From Balanoglossus misakiensis (taxonomy: Eukaryota; Animalia; Hemichordata), in assembly GCA_040954595.2 (NCBI GenBank), contig CM082598.2, positions 10,183,097 through 10,247,096 on the forward strand: a stretch of DNA of 64,000 nt, in the 5' to 3' direction. The notes under the pieces are model-generated. The model was not told the origin of the DNA and made no database searches. It saw nothing but the letters and a program-made list of their open reading frames with translations. Shown one piece after another: positions 26,213 through 39,226 of this stretch (position 1 is the stretch's first letter; every line of letters starts with the position of its first letter). The translations under genes were made by a program, and so were the position numbers.

Positions 26213-27077
26213 TTGATCACATTCCTGCCTGGTTGTGGTTGCATGTATTTATAGAAAAATGTATACTAGGTATGTGCAGAAAAATTAAACTGAGCTGTAA
26301 TATTAATGTATATACACATAAGAGTCATCAGAAACCAATGATAAGGTAATCTAATAAATAATTTCTTCACAAACAATAAGCATAGTGACATTTGTAAATC
26401 ATGGCTGACTAAAATATATTCTAAAAAATAACAAAGTCAGTCTGTAGTTGAATTAAATGAACAGGTGTCCATTTCATTGTAATTGCTTGTTTGAAGATAA
26501 ATTCATTCACAGAATATTCTCTCTGATGTCAATAAATACAGATTTTAGAAATATTGATCAATAAATAAGTTAAGTATTATAAATAGTGTAGTGACAATTT
26601 TATATATCATTATATGATTAATAAATTATTGACAAATGATTAATTGAAATTGTTAATCTATATTCCCCTTTTTATGCACACAGTATTTCATACTTTTGAT
26701 TGGCTAAGACTGAATCATATGGTATAGGGAAAAAAACAAATTACATGGTTGACAGAGTCTACATATTGCTCATTGTGAGGGAATATATAGACAGTAAACA
26801 CACACTAATTGCAACAGCACAATATCAGTTTTCCAAAATTCTATGAGTACGAAGTACTAGTACAGTTCTCATGAGACAATGTTATGACCCTGGACAAGAC
26901 ACTACATGGCCATAATAAAATAACACATGATGCACGATTTGTAGCCTGCCCCATGCAGAAGTTATTTTCACTCATGATGTGGAGTATTCTGTTGTACTTT
27001 CATTTGCTGTGCACATGAAAGTACTGCTACAGAATACACCACATTACAAAAATAAACAAATCTGCAGTGACAAGATT

Positions 27078-27179
27078 CTATGTTGGTTTGCGTGTTGATG
27101 TCCTTGTGAAAAATTTACCCACAAATTCTGGCAAGATGGCACTAACAAAGAAGTACTTTGTACGTTCACAAATCATTCC
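27078..27179 (-). pseudogene. C-terminal remnant of ISL2EU ORF2 (end of YqaJ-like domain)
   Basis: MICERTKYFFVSAILPEFVGKFFTRTSTRKPT* resembles the FF...ILPELxGKxxTR tail of YqaJ-type ORF2. It is repeated at 31155-31256, 35231-35332 and 39118-39214 and is convergent with the transposase. Confidence 0.65.
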
Positions 27180-29069
27180 AGGTCTTAATTGTCAAGATTA
27201 GTTAAAAATATAACCCAAAATTTAAGCCTCCAGGGGAAATTTGGGCTCACAGAGGTTATTACTGAACATTTTGTAGAATTTCTCAAAATAAAAATCATCA
27301 TCTGACGGAATGTTTACATATCACAGAAATACCCTGAAATATACACTGAGTACACAATGTGCATTTCATTATGGTAATTATGTATGTTACTACTTTCAAA
27401 ACATTACATCATGTTTATTCTTTTTTCCCCACAGAACTGATGGTTTTGTAAACAACTGAGATAATGCTCGAGAAATAAACAGCTATTAAAACGATTCAAA
27501 CCCTGAACCATGGTGTCGACCCACCTACTATTATTACACACCGATTGAAAATTTTCAACGAAGGTCTAACCACTTACAAGTTACATTAACAGCGAAGCGG
27601 TCATCTCATTTGTAACCGTTATTGAAGTTTATATATTTGTTTCACAATGTTATTATTAAACAGGGGTAATTTTATCACTGAAAAAACAGTTTTGTTATAC
27701 GGTTATTTTGATCCGGAAAACAGAGATTTGAGCACACGACGGATTTCTACTGCGTTCACTCCAACACCGCAGGAGTGTGTTGTTGTCGAAGACGCGGACA
27801 AAACAGAAAATTATCGGAGCCAGGCCCCTTCGAACCCTATATTTCACGCTGTCGGAAGGTTGGACGGCTACGGCTATCTCAGCTCTGCTCGGCACGCTGT
27901 TGTTGGGTGCCCTAAACATATGCCCTACCCCTAGCGCTCGGCATGTAAACAATCACAACATGACTGTAAACATCATGCAAAAATACAATCTTACTGTCAT
28001 TTTCCTGTGGATTCAGTCTCCTCCTCGCACTTGTGTGGAGTTTAGGCAACCTATATTGAAACCACGGGCGCTTCTTGACCGGATTCGGTGAAAGTTTGAG
28101 GCAATTTCTGGCTGTACGCGTGACAGGCTCACAGTATCAACAAACAGTACACGTGTGGTGACAGGTCAAAGGTCAACATTAGGGATTCCCCGACCTTTAT
28201 CGCATCTAGTGCGCCCCTAGTGGTAGGACATAACGATTCTCTTTTTCTCTCGCAGTTATATAGATTGCCTGCCGTGATATCAAATCAAGGACCAGAATGT
28301 GAAAAGAGAGACGGCGCGAATGGTTAGCCAGGATCGGCCAAAACTTTGATCATAAGAACCTAGACAACGTCCGGGTTTGTTCGAGTCATTTTTTTAGTGG
28401 TAAGTTTTACTGGAAACTTTTGAAACCTTGTTATATCACACACCGAATAAATGTTTCACAACTTGGCATTAACAATATTTACGGATTTGCATTTGGCCGC
28501 GACAAAAACACGCGAATCTGCAGATAACACAACTGAACTTACACTGGCAGCGAGCTGTCGTCGTCGGCCGGCGGCGGTATCGATAAACCGTACCGGTGAT
28601 GCTTAGAGTCAGATATACTTGTTGGTCACGGACATGCATTTCTGTCGACTGAAAAAAACTTTACTTTATGAATTTTTACGGCTGTTTGAGGAGTCGCACT
28701 CATTTGGTAAAGGTCTCACAGCACTCTTTCTATAAAAAATTCTGTAAGTGTTTTGTTTACATTCGCGGGGTCAAACCAGGTCAGTTTCAATGCTGGGTTC
28801 GACAACGCGTAGGAACAATGCAAATTTACGCTGAAAATGATTACACTAAATTTAGGCCCCTGCCTGGAAGTGTGATACCTCGTTTTGTATTGTTTTTTTT
28901 AAAAATGTGTTGCCATACCCATTATCCAGAAATATCAGGAAATGGAATCAAATGCGCCCCTAGCATTAGCGGGTCAAAGGTCATGCCATGTGAAAGGAGA
29001 ACAAGTGTTCTAGATTTCTCTCTCTCTCTCTCTCCCCATATCCATCTCTCTCAACCCCCTGTCCCTTAG

Positions 29070-30289
29070 GTAAAAAGGCAGACTTGTACGATAGAAACAA
29101 CCCAGATTGGGTTCCAACAGTTAATGTAGGGAAGAATACAGATAAGGCAGCTGAGGCTTTAGGCAGATACGATAGATTACAGACAAGAAAGAGGAAATTG
29201 GAGCAGAAAGAATATGAGCTAGAGGAAGCACAGAAACCCCCCAAACCCCAAAGTGACCCGAACAAATGTAGCCGTGAAACGCAAACTGATCTCACTGGGT
29301 ATATGTTGGACTGTATGACCAGTGAGCTGCAGGATTTGAGATCAGACAATCTTATATTGAAACAGAAACTGTCAGAACATGAAAGTCGATTTTCGGAGGC
29401 ATATTTTGAAGGCGACGATGAGAAAGCGAAGTTTTTGACTGGGATATCTTCTTTTACTGTTTTAATTACATTATACAATTATATTGCACACTACTTGCCC
29501 CCTCGCACATCTCTCGACAAATTTCGAATGTTCATTATGACACTAATGAGGTTACGCTTTAATTTACCAATTCAGTTCTTGTCTTATGAGTTTTCCGTTT
29601 CGTTATCTTCAGTTTCTAGAATTGTTAATATTGTAATTGATGTCATGTATGTAAGAATGAAACCGTTTGTCTTTTGGCCAGATCGATTTAGTTTGCAGAA
29701 AACAATGCCCATGAAGTTTTGTAAACATTTTGGTAAAAAATGCATTGTGATAATCGATTGTTTTGAAATATTCATAGAAAGGTCATCAAATTTAAAAGCT
29801 CGGGCAGAAACATGGTCTTCTTATAAACACCACAACACAATTAAGTTTCTCATTGGAATCACTCCTCAAGGTACTGTCTCATTTATATCCAGGGCTTGGG
29901 GTGGGCGGGCTAGTGACAAACATATTACAGAAAACAGTGGGATTCTAGATAATTTATTACCAGGGGATTTAATACTTGCTGACAGAGGGTTTAATATTGA
30001 GGAGAGTGTGGGTTGCTTTTGTGCTCAAATGAAAATTCCTAGTTTTACAAAAGGTAAAAGTCAATTGTCTGCTGTAGATGTAGAAACAACAAGAAGAATT
30101 GCCAATGTTAGAATACATGTTGAAAGGGTTATTGGGATGGCAAGACAAAAGTATAATATTTTGGGTGGGACACTTCCTATTAATTTGTTTCTTTCCAAAG
30201 ATGATGAGGGCAACACAATGATCGACAAAATTGTTCATGTCTGCTGTTCACTGATAAACCTGTGCGAATCTGTTGTTGATTTTAATTGA
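29070..30289 (+). CDS. ISL2EU/Harbinger DDE transposase exon 2, copy 2 (open frame)
   Basis: Uninterrupted ~405 aa: coiled coil, HTH_Tnp_4-like ([29 protein letters not shown]) and DDE_Tnp_4 motifs [46 protein letters not shown]. The upstream THAP exon is truncated, so expression is unproven. The ORF-track start is TTG, not a real initiator. Confidence 0.8.
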
Positions 30290-32396
30290 TTGATCACATT
30301 CCTGCCTGGTTGTGGTTGCATGTATTTATAGAAAAATGTATACTAGGTATGTGCAGAAAAATTAAACTGAGCTGTAATATTAATGTATATACACATAAGA
30401 GTCATCAGAAACCAATGATAAGGTAATCTAATAAATAATTTCTTCACAAACAATAAGCATAGTGACATTTGTAAATCATGGCTGACTAAAATATATTCTA
30501 AAAAATAACAAAGTCAGTCTGTAGTTGAATTAAATGAACAGGTGTCCATTTCATTGTAATTGCTTGTTTGAAGATAAATTCATTCACAGAATATTCTCTC
30601 TGATGTCAATAAATACAGATTTTAGAAATATTGATCAATAAATAAGTTAAGTATTATAAATAGTGTAGTGACAATTTTATATATCATTATATGATTAATA
30701 AATTATTGACAAATGATTAATTGAAATTGTTAATCTATATTCCCCTTTTTATGCACACAGTATTTCATACTTTTGATTGGCTAAGACTGAATCATATGGT
30801 ATAGGGAAAAAAACAAATTACATGGTTGACAGAGTCTACATATTGCTCATTGTGAGGGAATATATAGACAGTAAACACACACTAATTGCAACAGCACAAT
30901 ATCAGTTTTCCAAAATTCTATGAGTACGAAGTACTAGTACAGTTCTCATGAGACAATGTTATGACCCTGGACAAGACACTACATGGCCATAATAAAATAA
31001 CACATGATGCACGATTTGTAGCCTGCCCCATGCAGAAGTTATTTTCACTCATGATGTGGAGTATTCTGTTGTACTTTCATTTGCTGTGCACATGAAAGTA
31101 CTGCTACAGAATACACCACATTACAAAAATAAACAAATCTGCAGTGACAAGATTCTATGTTGGTTTGCGTGTTGATGTCCTTGTGAAAAATTTACCCACA
31201 AATTCTGGCAAGATGGCACTAACAAAGAAGTACTTTGTACGTTCACAAATCATTCCAGGTCTTAATTGTCAAGATTAGTTAAAAATATAACCCAAAATTT
31301 AAGCCTCCAGGGGAAATTTGGGCTCACAGAGGTTATTACTGAACATTTTGTAGAATTTCTCAAAATAAAAATCATCATCTGACGGAATGTTTACATATCA
31401 CAGAAATACCCTGAAATATACACTGAGTACACAATGTGCATTTCATTATGGTAATTATGTATGTTACTACTTTCAAAACATTACATCATGTTTATTCTTT
31501 TTTCCCCACAGAACTGATGGTTTTGTAAACAACTGAGATAATGCTCGAGAAATAAACAGCTATTAAAACGATTCAAACCCTGAACCATGGTGTCGACCCA
31601 CCTACTATTATTACACACCGATTGAAAATTTTCAACGAAGGTCTAACCACTTACAAGTTACATTAACAGCGAAGCGGTCATCTCATTTGTAACCGTTATT
31701 GAAGTTTATATATTTGTTTCACAATGTTATTATTAAACAGGGGTAATTTTATCACTGAAAAAACAGTTTTGTTATACGGTTATTTTGATCCGGAAAACAG
31801 AGATTTGAGCACACGACGGATTTCTACTGCGTTCACTCCAACACCGCAGGAGTGTGTTGTTGTCGAAGACGCGGACAAAACAGAAAATTATCGGAGCCAG
31901 GCCCCTTCGAACCCTATATTTCACGCTGTCGGAAGGTTGGACGGCTACGGCTATCTCAGCTCTGCTCGGCACGCTGTTGTTGGGTGCCCTAAACATATGC
32001 CCTACCCCTAGCGCTCGGCATGTAAACAATCACAACATGACTGTAAACATCATGCAAAAATACAATCTTACTGTCATTTTCCTGTGGATTCAGTCTCCTC
32101 CTTGCACTTGTGTGGAGTTTAGGCAACCTATATTGAAACCACGGGCGCTTCTTGACCGGATTCGGTGAAAGTTTGAGGCAATTTCTGGCTGTACGCGTGA
32201 CAGGCTCACAGTATCAACAAACAGTACACGTGTGGTGACAGGTCAAAGGTCAACATTAGGGATTCCCCGACCTTTATCGCATCTAGTGCGCCCCTAGTGG
32301 TAGGACATAATGATTCTCTCTTTCTCTCGCAGTTTTATAGATTGCCTGCCGTGATATCAAATCAAGGACCAGAATGTGAAAAGAGAGACGGTGCGA

Positions 32397-34365
32397 ATGG
32401 TTAGCCAGGATCGGCCAAAATTTGATCATAAGAACCTAGACAACGTCCGGGTTTGTTCGAGTCATTTTTTTAGTGGTAAGTTTTACTGGAAACTTTTGAA
32501 ACCTTGTTATATCACACACCGAATAAATGTTTCACAACTTGGCATCAACAATATTTACGGATTTGCATTTGGCCGCGACAAAAACACGCGAATCTGCAGA
32601 TAACACAACTGAACTTACACTGGCAGCGAGCTGTCGTCGTCGGCCGGCGGCGGTATCGATAAACCGTACCGGTGATGCTTAGAGTCAGATATACTTGTTG
32701 GTCACGGACATGCATTTCTGTCGACTGAAAAAAACTTTACTTTATGAATTTTTACGGCTGTTTGAGGAGTCGCACTCATTTGGTAAAGGTCTCACAGCAC
32801 TCTTTCTATAAAAAATTCTGTAAGTGTTTTGTTTACATTCGCGGGGTCAAACCAGGTCAGTTTCAATGCTGGGTTCGACAACGCGTAGGAACAATGCAAA
32901 TTTACGCTGAAAATGATTACACTAAATTTAGGCCCCTGCCTGGAAGTGTGATACCTCGTTTTGTATTGTTTTTTTTAAAAATGTGTTGCCATACCCATTA
33001 TCCAGAAATATCAGGAAATGGAATCAAATGCGCCCCTAGCATTAGCGGGTCAAAGGTCATGCCATGTGAAAGGAGAACAAGTGTTCTAGATTTCTCTCTC
33101 TCTCTCTCTCCCCATATCCATCTCTCTCAACCCCCTGTCCCTTAGGTAAAAAGGCAGACTTGTACGATAGAAACAACCCAGATTGGGTTCCAACAGTTAA
33201 TGTAGGGAAGAATACAGATAAGGCAGCTGAGGCTTTAGGCAGATACGATAGATTACAGACAAGAAAGAGGAAATTGGAGCAGAAAGAATATGAGCTAGAG
33301 GAAGCACAGAAACCCCCCAAACCCCAAAGTGACCCGAACAAATGTAGCCGTGAAACGCAAACTGATCTCACTGGGTATATGTTGGACTGTATGACCAGTG
33401 AGCTGCAGGATTTGAGATCAGACAATCTTATATTGAAACAGAAACTGTCAGAACATGAAAGTCGATTTTCGGAGGCATATTTTGAAGGCGACGATGAGAA
33501 AGCGAAGTTTTTGACTGGGATATCTTCTTTTACTGTTTTAATTACATTATACAATTATATTGCACACTACTTGCCCCCTCGCACATCTCTCGACAAATTT
33601 CGAATGTTCATTATGACACTAATGAGGTTACGCTTTAATTTACCAATTCAGTTCTTGTCTTATGAGTTTTCCGTTTCGTTATCTTCAGTTTCTAGAATTG
33701 TTAATATTGTAATTGATGTCATGTATGTAAGAATGAAACCGTTTGTCTTTTGGCCAGATCGATTTAGTTTGCAGAAAACAATGCCCATGAAGTTTTGTAA
33801 ACATTTTGGTAAAAAATGCATTGTGATAATCGATTGTTTTGAAATATTCATAGAAAGGTCATCAAATTTAAAAGCTCGGGCAGAAACATGGTCTTCTTAT
33901 AAACACCACAACACAATTAAGTTTCTCATTGGAATCACTCCTCAAGGTACTGTCTCATTTATATCCAGGGCTTGGGGTGGGCGGGCTAGTGACAAACATA
34001 TTACAGAAAACAGTGGGATTCTAGATAATTTATTACCAGGGGATTTAATACTTGCTGACAGAGGGTTTAATATTGAGGAGAGTGTGGGTTGCTTTTGTGC
34101 TCAAATGAAAATTCCTAGTTTTACAAAAGGTAAAAGTCAATTGTCTGCTGTAGATGTAGAAACAACAAGAAGAATTGCCAATGTTAGAATACATGTTGAA
34201 AGGGTTATTGGGATGGCAAGACAAAAGTATAATATTTTGGGTGGGACACTTCCTATTAATTTGTTTCTTTCCAAAGATGATGAGGGCAACACAATGATCG
34301 ACAAAATTGTTCATGTCTGCTGTTCACTGATAAACCTGTGCGAATCTGTTGTTGATTTTAATTGA
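32397..34365 (+). CDS. ISL2EU/Harbinger DDE transposase, copy 3; predicted spliced 432 aa ORF lacking the N-terminal half of THAP
   Basis: join(32397-32475,33146-34365) runs ATG GTT AGC...TTT AGT G|GT AAA AAG... and is open to TGA. All three catalytic motifs are intact. Confidence 0.75.
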
Positions 34366-37221
34366 TTGATCACATTCCTGCCTGGTTGTGGTTGCATGTA
34401 TTTATAGAAAAATGTATACTAGGTATGTGCAGAAAAATTAAACTGAGCTGTAATATTAATGTATATACACATAAGAGTCATCAGAAACCAATGATAAGGT
34501 AATCTAATAAATAATTTCTTCACAAACAATAAGCATAGTGACATTTGTAAATCATGGCTGACTAAAATATATTCTAAAAAATAACAAAGTCAGTCTGTAG
34601 TTGAATTAAATGAACAGGTGTCCATTTCATTGTAATTGCTTGTTTGAAGATAAATTCATTCACAGAATATTCTCTCTGATGTCAATAAATACAGATTTTA
34701 GAAATATTGATCAATAAATAAGTTAAGTATTATAAATAGTGTAGTGACAATTTTATATATCATTATATGATTAATAAATTATTGACAAATGATTAATTGA
34801 AATTGTTAATCTATATTCCCCTTTTTATGCACACAGTATTTCATACTTTTGATTGGCTAAGACTGAATCATATGGTATAGGGAAAAAAACAAATTACATG
34901 GTTGACAGAGTCTACATATTGCTCATTGTGAGGGAATATATAGACAGTAAACACACACTAATTGCAACAGCACAATATCAGTTTTCCAAAATTCTATGAG
35001 TACGAAGTACTAGTACAGTTCTCATGAGACAATGTTATGACCCTGGACAAGACACTACATGGCCATAATAAAATAACACATGATGCACGATTTGTAGCCT
35101 GCCCCATGCAGAAGTTATTTTCACTCATGATGTGGAGTATTCTGTTGTACTTTCATTTGCTGTGCACATGAAAGTACTGCTACAGAATACACCACATTAC
35201 AAAAATAAACAAATCTGCAGTGACAAGATTCTATGTTGGTTTGCGTGTTGATGTCCTTGTGAAAAATTTACCCACAAATTCTGGCAAGATGGCACTAACA
35301 AAGAAGTACTTTGTACGTTCACAAATCATTCCAGGTCTTAATTGTCAAGATTAGTTAAAAATATAACCCAAAATTTAAGCCTCCAGGGGAAATTTGGGCT
35401 CACAGAGGTTATTACTGAACATTTTGTAGAATTTCTCAAAATAAAAATCATCATCTGACGGAATGTTTACATATCACAGAAATACCCTGAAATATACACT
35501 GAGTACACAATGTGCATTTCATTATGGTAATTATGTATGTTACTACTTTCAAAACATTACATCATGTTTATTCTTTTTTCCCCACAGAACTGATGGTTTT
35601 GTAAACAACTGAGATAATGCTCGAGAAATAAACAGCTATTAAAACGATTCAAACCCTGAACCATGGTGTCGACCCACCTACTATTATTACACACCGATTG
35701 AAAATTTTCAACGAAGGTCTAACCACTTACAAGTTACATTAACAGCGAAGCGGTCATCTCATTTGTAACCGTTATTGAAGTTTATATATTTGTTTCACAA
35801 TGTTATTATTAAACAGGGGTAATTTTATCACTGAAAAAACAGTTTTGTTATACGGTTATTTTGATCCGGAAAACAGAGATTTGAGCACACGACGGATTTC
35901 TACTGCGTTCACTCCAACACCGCAGGAGTGTGTTGTTGTCGAAGACGCGGACAAAACAGAAAATTATCGGAGCCAGGCCCCTTCGAACCCTATATTTCAC
36001 GCTGTCGGAAGGTTGGACGGCTACGGCTATCTCAGCTCTGCTCGGCACGCTGTTGTTGGGTGCCCTAAACATATGCCCTACCCCTAGCGCTCGGCATGTA
36101 AACAATCACAACATGACTGTAAACATCATGCAAAAATACAATCTTACTGTCATTTTCCTGTGGATTCAGTCTCCTCCTTGCACTTGTGTGGAGTTTAGGC
36201 AACCTATATTGAAACCACGGGCGCTTCTTGACCGGATTCGGTGAAAGTTTGAGGCAATTTCTGGCTGTACGCGTGACAGGCTCACAGTATCAACAAACAG
36301 TACACGTGTGGTGACAGGTCAAAGGTCAACATTAGGGATTCCCCGACCTTTATCGCATCTAGTGCGCCCCTAGTGGTAGGACATAATGATTCTCTCTTTC
36401 TCTCGCAGTTTTATAGATTGCCTGCCGTGATATCAAATCAAGGACCAGAATGTGAAAAGAGAGACGGTGCGAATGGTTAGCCAGGATCGGCCAAAATTTG
36501 ATCATAAGAACCTAGACAACGTCCGGGTTTGTTCGAGTCATTTTTTTAGTGGTAAGTTTTACTGGAAACTTTTGAAACCTTGTTATATCACACACCGAAT
36601 AAATGTTTCACAACTTGGCATCAACAATATTTACGGATTTGCATTTGGCCGCGACAAAAACACGCGAATCTGCAGATAACACAACTGAACTTACACTGGC
36701 AGCGAGCTGTCGTCGTCGGCCGGCGGCGGTATCGATAAACCGTACCGGTGATGCTTAGAGTCAGATATACTTGTTGGTCACGGACATGCATTTCTGTCGA
36801 CTGAAAAAAACTTTACTTTATGAATTTTTACGGCTGTTTGAGGAGTCGCACTCATTTGGTAAAGGTCTCACAGCACTCTTTCTATAAACAATTCTGTAAG
36901 TGTTTTGTTTACATTTGCGGGGTCAAACCAGGTCAGTTTCAATGCTGGGTTCGACAACGCTTAGGAACAATGCAAATTTACGCTGAAAATGATTACACTA
37001 AATTTAGGCCCCTGCCTGGAAGTGTGATACCTCGTTTTGTATTGTTTTTTAAAAAAATGTGTTGCCATACCCATTATCCAGAAATATCAGGAAATGGAAT
37101 CAAATGCGCCCCTAGCATTAGCGGGTCAAAGGTCATGCCATGTGAAAGGAGAACAAGTGTTCAAGATTTCTCTCTCTCTCTCTCTCCCCATATCCATCTC
37201 TCTCAACCCCCTGTCCCTTAG

Positions 37222-38445
37222 GTAAAAAGGCAGACTTGTACGATAGAAACAACCCAGATTGGGTTCCAACAGTTAATGTAGGGAAGAATACAGATAAGGC
37301 AGCTGAGGCTTTAGGCAGATACGATAGATTACAGACAAGAAAGAGGAAATTGGAGCAGAAAGAATATGAGCTAGAGGAAGCACAGAAACCCCCCAAACCC
37401 CAAAGTGACCCGAACAAATGTAGCCGTGAAACGCAAACTGATCTCACTGGGTATATGTTGGACTGTATGACCAGTGAGCTGCAGGATTTGAGATCAGACA
37501 ATCTTATATTGAAACAGAAACTGTCAGAACATGAAAGTCGATTTTCGGAGGCATATTTTGAAGGCGACGATGAGAAAGCGAAGTTTTTGACTGGGATATC
37601 TTCTTTTACTGTTTTAATTACATTATACAATTATATTGCACACTACTTGCCCCCTCGCACATCTCTCGACAAATTTCGAATGTTCATTATGACACTAATG
37701 AGGTTACGCTTTAATTTACCAATTCAGTTCTTGTCTTATGAGTTTTCCGTTTCGTTATCTTCAGTTTCTAGAATTGTTAATATTGTAATTGATGTCATGT
37801 ATGTAAGAATGAAACCGTTTGTCTTTTGGCCAGATCGATTTAGTTTGCAGAAAACAATGCCCATGAAGTTTTGTAAATATTTTGGTAAAAAATGCATTGT
37901 GATAATCGATTGTTTTGAAATATTCATAGAAAGGTCATCAAATTTAAAAGCTCGGGCAGAAACATGGTCTTCTTATAAACACCACAACACAATTAAGTTT
38001 CTCATTGGAATCACTCCTCAAGGTACTGTCTCATTTATATCCAGGGCTTGGGGTGGGCGGGCTAGTGACAAACATATTACTGAAAACAGTGGGATTCTAG
38101 ATAATTTATTACCAGGGGATTTAATACTTGCTGACAGAGCAAGGGTTTAATATTGAGGAGAGTGTGGGTTGCTTGTGTGCTCAAATGAAAATTCCTAGTT
38201 TTACAAAAGGTAAAAGTCAATTGTCTGCTGTAGATGTAGAAACAACAAGAAGAATTGCCAATGTTAGAATACATGTTGAAAGGGTTATTGGGATGGCAAG
38301 ACAAAAGTATAATATTTTGGGTGGGACACTTCCTATTAATTTGTTTCTTTCCAAAGATGATGAGGGCAACACAATGATCGACAAAATTGTTCATGTCTGC
38401 TGTTCACTGATAAACCTGTGCGAATCTGTTGTTGATTTTAATTGA
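37222..38445 (+). pseudogene. DDE transposase exon 2, copy 4 (4 bp insertion frameshift)
   Basis: AG-CA-AG at 38138-38143 breaks LADR|GF. Confidence 0.9.
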
Positions 38446-39226
38446 TTGATCACATTCCTGCCTGGTTGTGGTTGCATGTATTTATAGAAAAATGTATACT
38501 AGGTATGTGCAGAAAAATTAAACTGAGCTGTAATATTAATGTATATACACATAAGAGTCATCAGAAACCAATGATAAGGTAATCTAATAAATAATTTCTT
38601 CACAAACAATAAGCATAGTGACATTTGTAAATCATGGCTGACTAAAACATATTCTAAAAAATAACAAAGTCAGTCTGTAGTTGAATTAAATGAACAGGTG
38701 TCCATTTCATTGTAATTGCTTGTTTGAAGATAAATTCATTCACAGAATATTCTCTCTGATGTCAATAAATACAGATTTTAGAAATATTGATCAATAAATA
38801 AGTTAAGTATTATAAATAGTGTAGTGACAATTTTATATATCATTATATGATTAATAAATTATTGACAAATGATTAATTGAAATTGTTAATCTATATTCCC
38901 CTTTTTATGCACACAGTATTTCATACTTTTGATTGGCTAAGACTGAATCATATGGTATAGGGAAAAAAACAAATTACATGGTTGACAGAGTCTACATATT
39001 GCTCATTGTGAGGGAATATATAGACAGTAAACACACACTAATTGCAACAGCACAATATCAGTTTTCCAAAATTCTACATTACATTACAAAAATAAACAAA
39101 TCTGCAGTGACAAGATTCTATGTTGGTTTGCGTGTTGATGTCCTTGTGAAAAATTTACCCACAAATTCTGGCAAGATGGCACTAACAAAGAAGTACTTTG
39201 TACGTTCACAAATCTGGCACTAATCT

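Larger units (their letters stand above)
23801..39214 (+). repeat. Head-to-tail array of ~4.08 kb chimeric units (about 3.8 copies)
   Basis: Units restart at 23801, 27883, 31960 and 36036 (periods 4082, 4077, 4076). Each unit is ~1.07 kb of foreign DNA plus ~3 kb of transposon interior. Confidence 0.95.

Noticed and set aside
27647-28091. Overlapping 85-104 aa ORFs in the spacer
   Set aside because: No recognisable domain; open frames on both strands are expected in GC-richer DNA.
23801-39214. Helitron or LTR explanation of the tandem units
   Set aside because: No Rep/helicase, no RT or integrase, no convincing TC...hairpin-CTRR ends and no LTR pairs; unit boundaries fall inside ISL2EU coding sequence.
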